NCBI RefSeq assembly: GCF_018977255.1
Contig: NW_024704771.1
Location: 3,782,001-3,846,000, forward strand
Length of the DNA: 64,000 nt
Source of the DNA: Callorhinchus milii
Taxonomy: Eukaryota
Direction: 5' to 3'
Under the pieces are notes generated by a model that was not told the DNA's origin, searched no databases, and saw nothing but the letters and a program-made list of their open reading frames with translations. Shown piece after piece: positions 26,401 through 37,908 of this stretch. Both the position numbers and the translations under genes were made by a program. Position 1 is the stretch's first letter. Each line of letters begins with the position of its first letter.

Positions 26401-28470
26401 GCGATCTCCTCTCATTGATGAGCTATATTAAAAATGCTTTAATGCCAAAAAGATGCATCGTATTCTACAACTACGTAGCAACAGAGGAAAGCATTCCCAG
26501 AGATACATCTATATTCTGCAACACTAATTTTTTCTGGTTGTTATGGAAGCTAGAGTCCTCCCCTGGTGACAGAGAGAGAGAGAGAGAGAAACTGAGCGAG
26601 CGAGAGAGAGACTGAGAAAGCATATTAAAGGAGGCCTCCCACTGAGCCCTCCCAGTTCAGTATAGATAAAGACAAAATGTGTCAATTGACCTTCCATATT
26701 GGATCCTTTGGTTGCAAGCAACGGATTCTGCTAGTTTACATTAAGAGCACAGCAGTAAGGAGGACATTTGAATAGAACAGAATTGCTTTTACACTTCATC
26801 ACCCTTTAAATTCCTGTGATCAGAAGCAGGTCATTCTACCTGAACAATAATAATAATAATCCTTGCATTTGATATAGCGTTTTTCACGTCGGGAGGACGT
26901 CCCAAAGCGCTTCACAGAACACACTGTAAAGTGAATTGACTGTATATTTGTGGGCGAACGCGGCAGCCAATTGCGCACAGCGATATCCCACAGACAGTCG
27001 TAGATTGAAAATGACCAATTTATTATTGTTTTTTGGTTTTGGAGGGATTATTATTAGGCTCTGTGGAGTAAGGAAACTTGCCCTTTAAGACATGCAAATC
27101 ACAATAAGCAGGTCACAACTGCAAGTTGTAAAAATGAATAGTCTTCAGATCACAGAATTTCCACTCACCCCCGAAATCATTGCCTTTTTTCTAGCTCCCT
27201 CCTGTTTATTTTTCATAGCCGTCTGAATACTCGGTCGATCTGCTTTCGTTCCCTTCGCTTCTCTCTGCTCGCTACATATTTTCTTGCCTGCACCAACACC
27301 TTCGGATTCATTTCCCGTTGAATCCCAGTATCGCTTTGCTTTCTGGAAGGGGGGGAAACAGAGACAAAGATTTGTACAAATGTGAAAGAGCAGGAGCACT
27401 GAGGAGTCTCTCTTAGTTGGTAAGTGCTCCCACTGATGACACACTCGGCATCTAAGCTCAGTAAATCAGAGAATCAGTAAAGCTCTTCTTTGTTCACATA
27501 CTAACTGACTCATCTTCACACTTATTGTATCATGAGAGCAGCACTGAATGTCCATACTTTGCCTTTATGACTTGAAAACAGGACGAGATCTTAGGCAAGT
27601 TTCCTTACGCCACACACCTCTATCTATCTGGAAGTGAATAGGAACCCGGTTGTTAGTCAACTGGTGGATGCTTTTCCGGGTATAATAATCACTTCTGAAA
27701 TAAATAGTAATAATTTTGGTCACTTAATACCCCACTGTTTGTGGGACGTTGCTGTGTGGCGGCCACACTTTGCCCACAAACTATACACTCACTCACTATA
27801 CTCTACAAAATATTCTGTGAAACGCTTTGTGAGACGTCTCGAAGATTTAATCAGGCGCTATATTTCTCTCTCTGTTTAACCCCTCTCCTCTCTCTCTCTG
27901 TTTAACCCCTCTCCTCTCTCTCTCTGTTTAACCCCTCTCCTCTCTCTGTTTAACCCCTCTCCTCTCTCTGTTTAACCCCTCTCCTGTCTCTCTGTTTAAC
28001 CCCTCTCCTGTCTCTCTGTTTAACCCCTCTCCTGTCTCTCTGTTTAACCCCTCTCCAGTCTCTGTTTAACCCCTCTCCTCTCTCTGTTTAACCCCTCTCC
28101 TGTCTCTCTGTTTAACCCCTCTCCGGTCTCTCTGTTTAACCCCTCTCTGGTCTCTCTGTTTAACCCCTCTCCTCTCTCTGTTTAACCCCTCTCCTGTCTC
28201 TGTTTAACCCCTCTCTGGTCTCTCTGTTTAACCCCTCTCCTGTCTCTCTGTTTAACCCCTCTCTGGTCTCTCTGTTTAACCCCTCTCCGGTCTCTCTGTT
28301 TAACCCCTCTCTCTGCTCTCTCTCTCTCCCTCATGTGATCTCCTCTCCTCTTCTCCTCCCTCTTGTTATCTTTTCTCCCCTGTGGCTCCCCTTTACCTCA
28401 TGTGACCCCCTCTCTCTCTCTCTCTCGGTACCTGACGTTTCACACGCGTTTCTCCTCTGATCGCCGCCAT
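8437..28470 (-). CDS. WDR46: WD repeat-containing protein 46 (Utp7 homolog), 16 coding exons, ~591 aa
   Basis: Exons (minus strand): 28470-28432, 27342-27169, 25450-25370, 24202-24090, 23343-23256, 21669-21608, 20957-20853, 20116-19966, 18437-18302, 17303-17204, 14903-14750, 12707-12560, 12309-12215, 11207-11112, 10752-10639, 8556-8437. All introns are GT-AG with matching phases; total 1776 nt. Recognisable WDR46 peptides: [128 protein letters not shown]. Confidence 0.96.
10091..10497 (-). mobile_element. Unnamed ~400-bp interspersed repeat (representative copy)
   Basis: Other copies at ~2475-2897, 19529-19838 and 54017-54432 (same orientation) and ~21040-21310, 43760-44155 (opposite). Partial copies at ~9395-9580, 15480-15600, 32540-32655, 33340-33490, 35785-35910, 37910-37975. 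Strand is assigned from the A-rich end. Confidence 0.75.
13143..13466 (-). mobile_element. tRNA-Ala-derived SINE with L2-type tail, young subfamily, full length
   Basis: Head GGAGTCCTGTAGCTCAGTGGTTAGAGCACTCGCTTTGCAAGTGAGAGACCTGAGTTCAATTCC (A/B boxes, TGC anticodon), stem-loop tail, (ATT)n end. Confidence 0.85.
15700..16920 (+). mobile_element. CR1 LINE ORF2 fragment with an internal deletion
   Basis: [64 protein letters not shown]. The expected SCLTNL...[10 protein letters not shown] block is missing at the ggaaatca|actgtttac junction (~16380). CR1 3'-end pieces also occur at ~13480-13690, 24280-24620, 31700-31810, 49010-49210, 58960-59130. Confidence 0.85.
22308..22638 (-). mobile_element. 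tRNA-Ala-derived SINE, young subfamily, full length
   Basis: Near-identical to 13143-13466. Confidence 0.85.
26845..27083 (-). mobile_element. tRNA-Ala-derived SINE, young subfamily, 5'-truncated
   Basis: Near-identical to the 3' two-thirds of 13143-13466. Confidence 0.8.
27864..28312. repeat. Minisatellite, ~19 units of 20-24 bp (ctctctgtttaacccctctcct), WDR46 intron 1
   Basis: Direct reading; 19 copies of gtttaacccc counted. Confidence 0.92.
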
Positions 28471-28547
28471 TTTGTCCACAAAAAAGCCTTTTCCCGGCAG
28501 CCCTCGCGCCCGTGACCCGAGCAGTGAAGCGTGAGCCCCGCCCCCCG

Positions 28548-29189
28548 GTTACCATGGAGACAGGGAGCCCCGCCCCACCAGCTGGTTACCATGGAGACAG
28601 GGAGCCCCGCCCCACCAGCTGGTTACCATGGAGACAGGGAGCCCCGCCCCACCAGCTGGTTACCATGGAGACAGGGAGCCCCTCCCCACCACCCTGATTA
28701 CCATGGAGATAGAGAGACACGCACGGTTACCATGGAGATAGAGAGCCCCCTCCCTGGTTACCATGGAGATAGGGAGCCCCTCCCCTGGTTACCATCGAGA
28801 TAGGGAGCCCCTCCCCTGGTTACCATGGAGATAGGGAGCCGCTCCCCTGGTTACCATGGAGATAGAGAGCCCCGCCTTTGGTTACCATGGAGATAGTGAG
28901 CCCCACCCCTGGTTACCATGGAGATAGGGAGCCCCTCCCCTGGTTACCATGGAGATAGAGAGCCGCTCCCCTGGTTACCATGGAGATAGAGAGCCCCACC
29001 CTTGGTTACCATGGAGATAGAGTGCCCCTCCCTTGGTTACCGTGGAGATAGTGAGCCCCGCCCTTGGTTACCGTGGAGATAGTGAGCCCCGCCCCTGGTT
29101 ACCGTGGAGATAGAGAGCCCCGCCCTTGGTTACCGTGGAGATAGAGAGCCCCGCCCTTGGTTACCGTGGAGATAGAGAGCCCCTCCCCA
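28548..29189. repeat. WDR46-upstream minisatellite, 20 units (4 x 37 bp, then ~31 bp), each carrying an RFX X-box-like core
   Basis: Core GTTACCATGGAGAC (units 1-4), GTTACCATGGAGAT (most middle units), GTTACCGTGGAGAT (last 5). Starts 78 bp upstream of the WDR46 ATG. Confidence 0.9.
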
Positions 29190-30344
29190 TCCGTCTCAAG
29201 ACCCTCCTCTTCGACCAGTCACTGTGTCGGGGGGGATCCCTCTCAGCTCCTGGGAACCCGCAGCCAAAGCCCTCACGGATGGAGTTCCAGAGGGTGGGGG
29301 CAGAATGGCAGACAGTGGGGCGAGCGAGCGAGCGAGGCCGGACAGGGTGGCAGGGGGTGAGGAGGTCGCGGGGTGAGGAGGTCGCGGGGTGGGGGGGGGA
29401 GAAAGACCGCGGAGGGCTTCGAAGGTGAGGACCAGGATCTTGACCCCTGTATCCGGCGGAAAGCGCGACATCCAAATGGTGGAGCGGAGGGCGCGAGGGA
29501 CGGGCGGGAGGCACCGCGGTGCCCGTCGAGTGGCGGCACCGCACCGAGTGGTGGATCGGGGAGGGAGGAGGTCGGAGAGGGGAAGGAGGTGCCGGAGAGC
29601 GAAGGAATTTGAACGCGAGCGTGAAAATCCTGAAGTCGATCCGTTCGCTGACGAGGAGCCAGTGGAGCCCGGGCCCGAACTGGTGATTATTATTATTATT
29701 ATATTCATAATAACAATAATAATAATCCTCGCATTTGATGCAGAGCGGTTCACAGTAGACGTCCCAAAGCGCTCCACGGAATACACTGCAAAGTGAATCG
29801 ACTGCGTATTCGTGGGCGATATATTTTTGGTTTCGTGCTCTGGATTCAATGGGACTGACAACTACAACAAAAGTCCATTGTGGAGAGAGACAGAGCCTTT
29901 TCACGTTACCTGCGAAGTGCTTTGAGACGACTCGACCAAGTGAATAGAGCCGCGGAAACTTGTCTAAGCTTTCACTGAGGCCGGGAGTCGATACCCGGAA
30001 GGATGCTATTCGTAGGACCGGACGTTCATAAGCTCTCCTGCGTCCCTCGTTCCTTTGTTGCTGATGGAAGCTATGATATTGGGCACAAATAAATCAATAT
30101 TATTCTTACGAGAGAGTGAACTTTGGCTCACTTTGCTTACTTGGGGGGCAAACCTGCATTTGGAACCTGAACTCAAATATTTGCCGCTGTGGCAATGGGT
30201 TACGATCAGCTCCGAGTCAACATCGAAATCTGTACACCGGGAACGGTGCGTAGTTCGGGTCCCGCAATAATATAATCCTTTCATTCACCTTATTATGTCG
30301 TTGAGACGTCTCAGAGCGCTTCACCTGTTAGGGCTTTGGCCCGT

Positions 30345-30674
30345 GGAGTCCTGTGGCTCGGTGGTTAGAGCACTCGCTTTGCAATCGAGAGACCTGAGTT
30401 CAATTCCAGGCGGAGGGCCAAACCTCGGGCAAGTTTCCTTACTCCACGCAGAGCCTAATAATAATCCCTCCAAAACCAAAAACAATAATAAATTGGTCAT
30501 TTTCAATCTACGGCTGTTTGTGGGACATTGCTGTGCGCCATCGGCTGCCGCGTTCGCCCACAAATATACAGTCAATTCACTTTACAGTGTGTTCTGTGAA
30601 GCGCTTTGGGACGTCCTCTGGACGTGAAAAGCGCTATATCAAATGCAAGGATTATTATTATTATTATTATTATT
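30345..30674 (+). mobile_element. tRNA-Ala-derived SINE, young subfamily, nested inside the ~400-bp repeat
   Basis: The flanks cctgttagggctttggc and gcaggggt...gattccctgccccaagtgactgg rejoin into the ~400-bp family sequence. Confidence 0.8.
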
Positions 30675-30919
30675 GCAGGGGTAAAAACTGAGTTGATTCC
30701 CTGCCCCAAGTGACTGGTTGCGACATTTAATTGTGACATTAATGAAAGGATTATCATTATAGTCTCTTTCTGTCTCCCGCTCCTGTCTCACCATGTCTCG
30801 TCCATACGCCAGGCATGAGAAGGTTTGGGTGTTGTTTGTTTTTCAGAGGACGTTAAGCAATGAGGTGAGGGTTGTGTTATAGACACACCAACCCGGGGCA
30901 GAGCACGTGATCACTCACT

Positions 30920-30982
30920 AGTTCTGCTAACTCTGCCATTTAATCCCTCACATCAGTTGTCGGCATCTCCTGCCAAACACGG
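30920..30982 (+). other. Possible 5' UTR exon of the SOUL-family gene (5' end undefined)
   Basis: Strong donor acgg|gtaagt at 30982/30983. The ATG exon starts at an acceptor (ttccttgcag|G, 32396/32397), so an upstream exon is required. An in-frame TAA makes this segment non-coding. Confidence 0.35.
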
Positions 30983-31327
30983 GTAAGTCTGTCCTGGGTT
31001 CTCTTCAGGATGAAAATTATTACATACATATATGTATAGAATGATAATACTAATTCTTGCAATTCTTACCACGTCGTGAAGCTATCGCAACTTACTATTT
31101 TTAACCATTGATAATCCTCGGGTTGGACGGAGCATCTATGCCACGGCATCAAGAAATCTCAATGTGCTTCACAGGAATTTACCGTGAAGCGCAGCCATCT
31201 GCCTGAACAGGCACAGACTCATCTTAACGTCTCGTCTGCTCAGACAATTCAGTGTCAGCCTAGACAGCCTGATCCCTTCAACAAATCTGAACTGTTTGAG
31301 GGACGCTGCCGCGCGCAATTGGCTGCT

Positions 31328-31657
31328 ATAATAATAATAATAATAATCCTTGCATTTGATATAGCGCTTTTCACGTCGGGAGGACGTCCCAAAGCGCTTC
31401 ACAGAACACACTGTAAAGTGAATTGACTGTATATTTGTGGGCGAACGCGGCAGCCAATGGCGCACAGCAATGTCCCACAGACAGTCGTAGATTGAAAAAT
31501 GACCAATTTAATTATTGTTTTTGGTTTTTTGGAGGGATTATTATTAGGCTCTGTGTGGAGTAAGGAAACTTGCCCGAGGTTTCGCCCTCTGCCTGGAATT
31601 GAACTCAGGTCTCTCACTTGCAAAGCGAGTGCTCTAACCACTGAGCTACAGGACTCC
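31328..31657 (-). mobile_element. tRNA-Ala-derived SINE, young subfamily, nested in an older SINE copy
   Basis: The flanks gcgcaattggctgc and gctgcgtttcacccacaaaa rejoin into the older SINE body. Confidence 0.8.
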
Positions 31658-32402
31658 GCTGCGTTTCACCCACAAAACACATCTATTATTTGCAAAGATA
31701 TGGGGAAAGAGAGGGATTGGGGCTGACTGGGCAGCTCTTTCAAAGAACTGGCATAGGTACGAAGGGCCGATTGGCCTCCTTTTGTGCTGTAATATTCTGC
31801 GATTCTATTATTTTGTCATTGATTTTTGCTGCATTCTTAACTTCTGCCTCTTACAAAGTACCCCAACCCTAACCCTACTCAAATACTAATACTAACCCTA
31901 ATACTAACTCTAATTCAAATACTAATTTTTGATTCTGTATCCCTCCAACTCCCCTCTCAATCTCTCTCGCTCTCTCTCTCAGTCTCTCTCAACGCGCTGT
32001 ATCAAACACAAGGATTTTATTATTTTTGCAGTGAATCAACGACAACACATCAAATTCTTGCAGCACCTTTCACGTCGAGAGGACGTCCCAAGGTGCTGGA
32101 CAGTCAGGAAATTTTGCCTCGAGCTGAGGGTTGCGATCATGAGGGGTGGAGGGTAGGGAGGGTGGGGGTAGGAGGGTGATCAAAGGTATGGTCTTGAGAC
32201 ACCTTTTGTAGGAGGTAAGGGGTAGGGGGGGTGGTGGGAGAGCGAGGCGAAGGGACTGTGGGTCGAGCGGAAGCAACAGAGGACCACTGAAGGTGCAAAT
32301 CCAGTGCCGCTCAACACACAGAGAGTGAGAGTGATAAGCACAGTTATTTACCAGCCACAATATTTACTTATCACCCTCGAATGCTATTCCTTGCAGGATG
32401 CA

Positions 32403-35400
32403 ATGTCGCCCAGGGTGCTGTTGCTGATCTTTCCACTTCTCGCCACAGGAGTTTGCTCTCGGAGGTAAGAGGCAGTGTGTTGGCCCGGCTCCCCCACAAC
32501 CTCCCTGAATAAAATAGGTCACTCAAGCAAACACCCGACCCGTTAGTTAGTTAGTTAGTTAGGACTTTGGCTGTAGGGTTAACAGGAGCTGTTTAGGAGG
32601 ATTCCCTGACCCCGAGCGATTGATCTGCCCTTCCAGGTCCTGCTAATGAGCCAGCAGGCTCTGTCGCGCTCTCCCGCGCTCTCTTGCCCTCTCTCACGCA
32701 CTCTCACACTCTCTCACGCTCCTGACACGTTCCTGACACGTTCCTGTCACATTCTGTCACAGGAGAAACCCCGAAGCTTGCGTTGAAGCTCCAGAGACTT
32801 TGAGCTTTAAGGTTTTGTGCAAAACTGCCCATTATGAGGTAAGAGAAACGCGTTGAATATTTCTATTTCTGGCACGTAAATTCTTGCTTTCTTGTTTACA
32901 GCACCTACAGTGTGGAGAGAGAATGGGATTTGCCTACACTATGTGGAGTCCTGAGGCGTAATAGTCAGAGCACTCGCCTGACGAGCAAGAGGGCCTGGGT
33001 TTGATTCCCGAGCAGGTCAAAACCGTAGCCAACCACAACAAGATTACATTTGTATAGCGCCTTTCACATCAAGTTCAAGGGTTACTACTGTAATCAGATG
33101 CAAAGGATTTTTATTACTGAACGTGGCAGGATTTGCTGGGCGCTAGTCTCCGAAATGCAATGAGGAAATTAATAAATGTACAGTCTGGTCAATCTTCAAC
33201 CCTTGCTGTCGTGTTTAGAGTTTTTCTGTAGCATACTCTCCACTGGAGGGCAGCCATGGATTTTATTCGGACAAACGTTCCAGTTTCTTTCTCCTCACAG
33301 GCTGTTTTTAAATTTGCTCAGCGCACTTGTGCACAATCGTGTGGATACCCATCTTGCTTAAGAGTCTCCAAACCAAGCTGAGAATTCCATGCCTCCCACC
33401 TACCCCTGGAAATCCCAGAGATAAGATTGTTGGAATGGAATGTGCTCTCTCTCTCTCTCTCTCTCTCTCTCCCTGGAGGGACACATCCTGCTTACGTCTC
33501 AAAAGGCGTAAACTGTATAATAATAATAATTATTAAATCCTTGCATTTGATATAGCGTCTTCGAGACGTCTCGAAGCGCTTCACAGCGCTTCACTGTAAA
33601 GTGAATTGACTGTGTATTTGCGGACGAAATGCGGCAGCCAATTGCGCACAGCTGCGTCCCACAAACAGTCGTGGATTGAGCGACCAATTTATTATTATTA
33701 TTTTTTTTTGAAGGAATTATTACCCCCGGAAACTGATCGACTAACGACCGAGTTCCGACTTTCTGCTAGGTAAACAGAGGCGTGTGGAGTAAGGGAAACT
33801 CGCCCAACGTCTCTCACTGCCACAATCAAATGCAAGGATTATTAATTACTAATATTACTATCGTTAGTATTTGGCGAGTCAGTAGGCAGACACTATTGCT
33901 GACACACTAATGAGCCTGGAATGTGAAGTTAATATAACGCCAGCAATATCGCTGTCTCTCGCTCTCTTTATCTCTTACTCTCTCTCTCTCTCTCTGGTAA
34001 TAGATCCGCAATTACACTGCTTCGGTCTGGGCCAAGACCGGACTGATGTACTATAGGTGGCCGGGCTGGAAGCAAGGGTACCAGCGTCTCGCTCAGTACT
34101 TCGCGGGCAATAATGCAAAGGGTAAGATTGCGTGACATCCCACCTCTTGTTCCCTTCACCCCACTTCCTCCTCTCTCCCCGGAGGTGGGGGGAGCTGAAG
34201 TGTGTCGCACGATCCACACAGACCATGGGGTCAGGATTCCTCGCACTGAAACACACAGACAGTTTTAAGAACATCGACCACCTCTACATAGTCTGATATT
34301 AAGAGTGACACCTCTACATAGTCTGATATTAACAGTGAGCACCTCTATATAGTCTGATATTAACAGTGACACCTCTATATAGTCTGATATTAACAGTGAG
34401 CACCTCTATATAGTCTGATATTAACAGTGACACCTCTATATAGTCTGATATTAACGACACCTCTATATAGTCTGATATTAACAGTGACACCTTTATATAG
34501 TCTGATATTAACAGTGAACACCTCTATATAGTCTGATATTAACAGTGACACCTCTATATAGTCTGATATTAACGACACCTCTATATAGTCTGATATTAAC
34601 AGTGAGCACCTCTATATAGTCTGATATTAACAGTGACACCTCTATATAGTCTGATATTAACAGTGACACCTCTATATAGTCTGATATTAACAGTGAACAC
34701 CTCTATATAGTCTGATATTAACAGTGACACCTCTATATAGTCTGATATTAACAGTGACACCTCTATATAGTCTGATATTAACAGTGAGCACCTCTATATA
34801 GTCTGATATTAACAGTGAGCACCTCTATATAGTCTGATATTAACAGTGACACCTCTATATAGTCTGATATTAACAGTGAGCACCTCTATATAGTCTGATA
34901 TTAACAGTGACACCTCTATATAGTCTGATATTAACAGTGACACCTCTATATAGTCTGATATTAACAGTGAGCACCTCTATATAGTCTGATATTAACAGTG
35001 ACACCTCTATATAGTCTGATATTAACAGTGACACCTCTATATAGTCTGATATTAACAGTGACACCTCTATATAGTCTGATATTAACAGTGAACACCTCTA
35101 TATAGTCTGATATTAACAGTGACACCTCTATATAGTCTGATATTAACAGTGAACAAAAGCTGAAAAGGACACCTCTATATAGTCTGATATTAACAGTGAG
35201 CACCTCTATATAGTCTGATATTAACAGTGACACCTCTATATAGTCTGATATTAACAGTGACACCTCTATATAGTCTGATATTAACAGTGACACCTCTATA
35301 TAGTCTGATATTAACAGTGGACACCTCTATATAGTCTGATATTAACAGTGAGCACCTCTATATAGTCTGATATTAACAGTGACACCTCTATATAGTCTGA

Positions 35401-37872
35401 TATTAACAGTGATACCTCTATATAGTCTGATATTAACATTATCAAATACAAGGATTATAATTATTATTATTCCCTTCTCGGGTCCTCACTCTCTTTCCCA
35501 CCCCCTCCCCCCACCCACCGCCCCCCAACAACCCCACCTCAGGTGCCTAATTAATTGTGTGATGTTGACTCTCCTTTACCCCTTTCAGGCGTTGTCATGA
35601 ACCTGACCTCTCCAGTCCTCACCTCAGTCTCTGAAGACGCTGCCTGGACTCGTGACCTCTACTTCTTGCTTCCTGAGGACTTTCAGGACAGCCCTCCGAC
35701 TCCCAACGACTCACAGGTAAGTTTTACCCCCCCCCCAACCCACCCACCTTACCCCTCAAGGGTCATTTTTTTGTGGAGAAGTCAAGCTGACACACGCGGA
35801 AACCCATCACCGTTGTTTGAGAGTCTCTAAACCGAGCTGAGAATTCCATGCATCCCGCCTACACATGGACATCTCAGAGATAGTTTGTTGGAATGGAATG
35901 ATCTCTCCCTCTCCCTGTAGCTCAGTGGTTAAAGCACGCGCCTCGCAAGCGACAGGACCCGGGTTCGATTCCCAGGTGCGGTGAAACCTGAGACAAGTTT
36001 CCTTACTCCGCACGCCTCTGTTTACTCAGCAGTGAGCAGGAACCCGGTTGTTAGTCAATTGGCAGATCGCCTTCTGTGGATAATCCTTCAAATAAATAAA
36101 TTCAGCCTGCTAAATAAGTCAATAAATCATTCAATAAGTAAATCATTTGATCACTCGATCCATGACTGTTTGTAGGACACTCCAGTGCCCACAGCATAAG
36201 CAGTCGATTCACTTCACAGTGCATCCTGTGAAGCGCTTTGAGACGTCTTGAAGACGTGATAAGGCGCTATATGAAATGCGGGGATTCTTATTATTATGAT
36301 TATTAAATGCTTTGAGATGTATCGAACACATTATTATTGCGATTATTATAAAGGTGTGTTTACGTGACTCCCCTTTGTTTACTCTGCACAGGTGGTTCTA
36401 GTCGATGCCCCTGAGCCGTATCAGTTTGTGAAGCAGTTCCAGGGCAGTCCCAGGAAGGCCCGGGAACAGGCCTCGATCTTGGGCAAGAGCCTGACGCTGA
36501 ACAGGGTTGACTTCGATCCCATGCGCTACTACGTAGCTTCCTATCAGTGGTGAGCAATAGGACCTTCACGTATACATCACTGACCAGTCCATCTAGCCTA
36601 ATGGAGTCCTGTAGCTCAGTGGTTAGAGCACTCGCCTCGCAACAACAACAACAACAACAACAAGATTTCATTTATAGAGCGACTTTCACGTCGGGAGGAC
36701 GTCCCAAGGCGCTGGACAGTTGGGTCAGGACCCGAGCAGTGGGGGGAAATGGTCAGGGTGAGGGGAGGGAAGGGAGGGAGCGAGGAGGGGTGAAATGGTC
36801 AGGGTGAGGGGAGGGAAGGGAGGGAACGAGGAGGGGTGAAATGGTCAGGGTGAGGGGAGGGAAGGGAGGGAGCGAGGAGGGGTGAAATGGTCAGGGTGAG
36901 GGGAGGGAAGGGCGGGAGCGAGGAGGCGGTAGAGAGTCGAGAGGGGAGCTGAAGGCACGGTCGAAGAGAAAGGACTTGAGACCGGCCTTGAAGGAGGAAA
37001 GGGAGGAAGGAAGGTGAAGGCACGGGGGAAGGAGTTCCAGAGCCTCGGGGCTGAGAGGCTGAAGGCCCGGCCACCGATGGTAGGGCGCAAGCGAGAGCCC
37101 TGAGTCCGATTCCCGGGCAGAGCGAAACATTGGGCGAGTTTCCTTAGTCCACACGCCTCTGTTTACTCAGCAATAAGTAGGAACCCGGTTGTTAGTCGAT
37201 TGTCACATCACTTTTCCGGGAGTAATAATCCCTTCAAAAAATAATAATAATTATAAATTGGTCCCTTTAATCTACAACTGTTTGTGGAACACTGCTGTGC
37301 GCAATTGGCTGCCGCATTTCTCCCACAAAACATACAGTCAATTCCCTTTACAGTAAAGCGCTTTGAGACATCGCGAAGATGCGGTAAGGATTATCATTAT
37401 TTTATTATTATTGTTATCATCTTAAACACCTCAGTCAGGTCTCCCTCTCCATCACCTCAACAACAACAACAACAACAACATCTTATGTTTATATAGCACC
37501 CAGAGCGCTTGTCTGTGGAGCCTGATGCCAAGCCTCGGGTGGGGAGGAGAGGGGAACATCTCAGTAAATCTACGCTGTCCTCTCTCGAACTCTTTATATT
37601 ATCTTTCCTGTAATGTTGGGCCCAGAACTCTACACAGTTTTCCAATAATAATAAAAATAATCATAATAATAATCCTTGCATTTGACGTAGCACCTTATCA
37701 CGTCGTCGAGACATCTCAAAGCGCTTCCCAGAATATAATTATACAGTGTATATTTTGTGGCGGAAGCACTGATTGTCGCACAAAGAGGGGATCGAGTGAC
37801 CAAATTATTATTTTTTTTTGGAAGGGATTATTACCCCCGGAAAAACAATCCGCCAATCGACCTTGAACCGGG

Positions 37873-37908
<36 letters not shown>

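Noticed and set aside
30006-30284. Minus-strand ORF with Cys spacing (THCHSGKYLSSGSKC) and a good donor CAA|gtaagc
   Set aside because: No recognisable family, weak acceptor and no partner exons found.
31860-31930. Second telomere-like patch (ccccaaccctaaccctactc...)
   Set aside because: Only about two exact units amid degenerate AT-rich sequence, which is consistent with simple-sequence drift.
32902-32945. Possible extra SOUL exon after tgtttacag ([13 protein letters not shown])
   Set aside because: Runs into a SINE head without a good donor, and the gene is complete and in phase without it.
27864-35438. Regular repeat arrays that could be mistaken for CRISPR arrays
   Set aside because: Units are head-to-tail with no unique spacers, and the context is a vertebrate genome.
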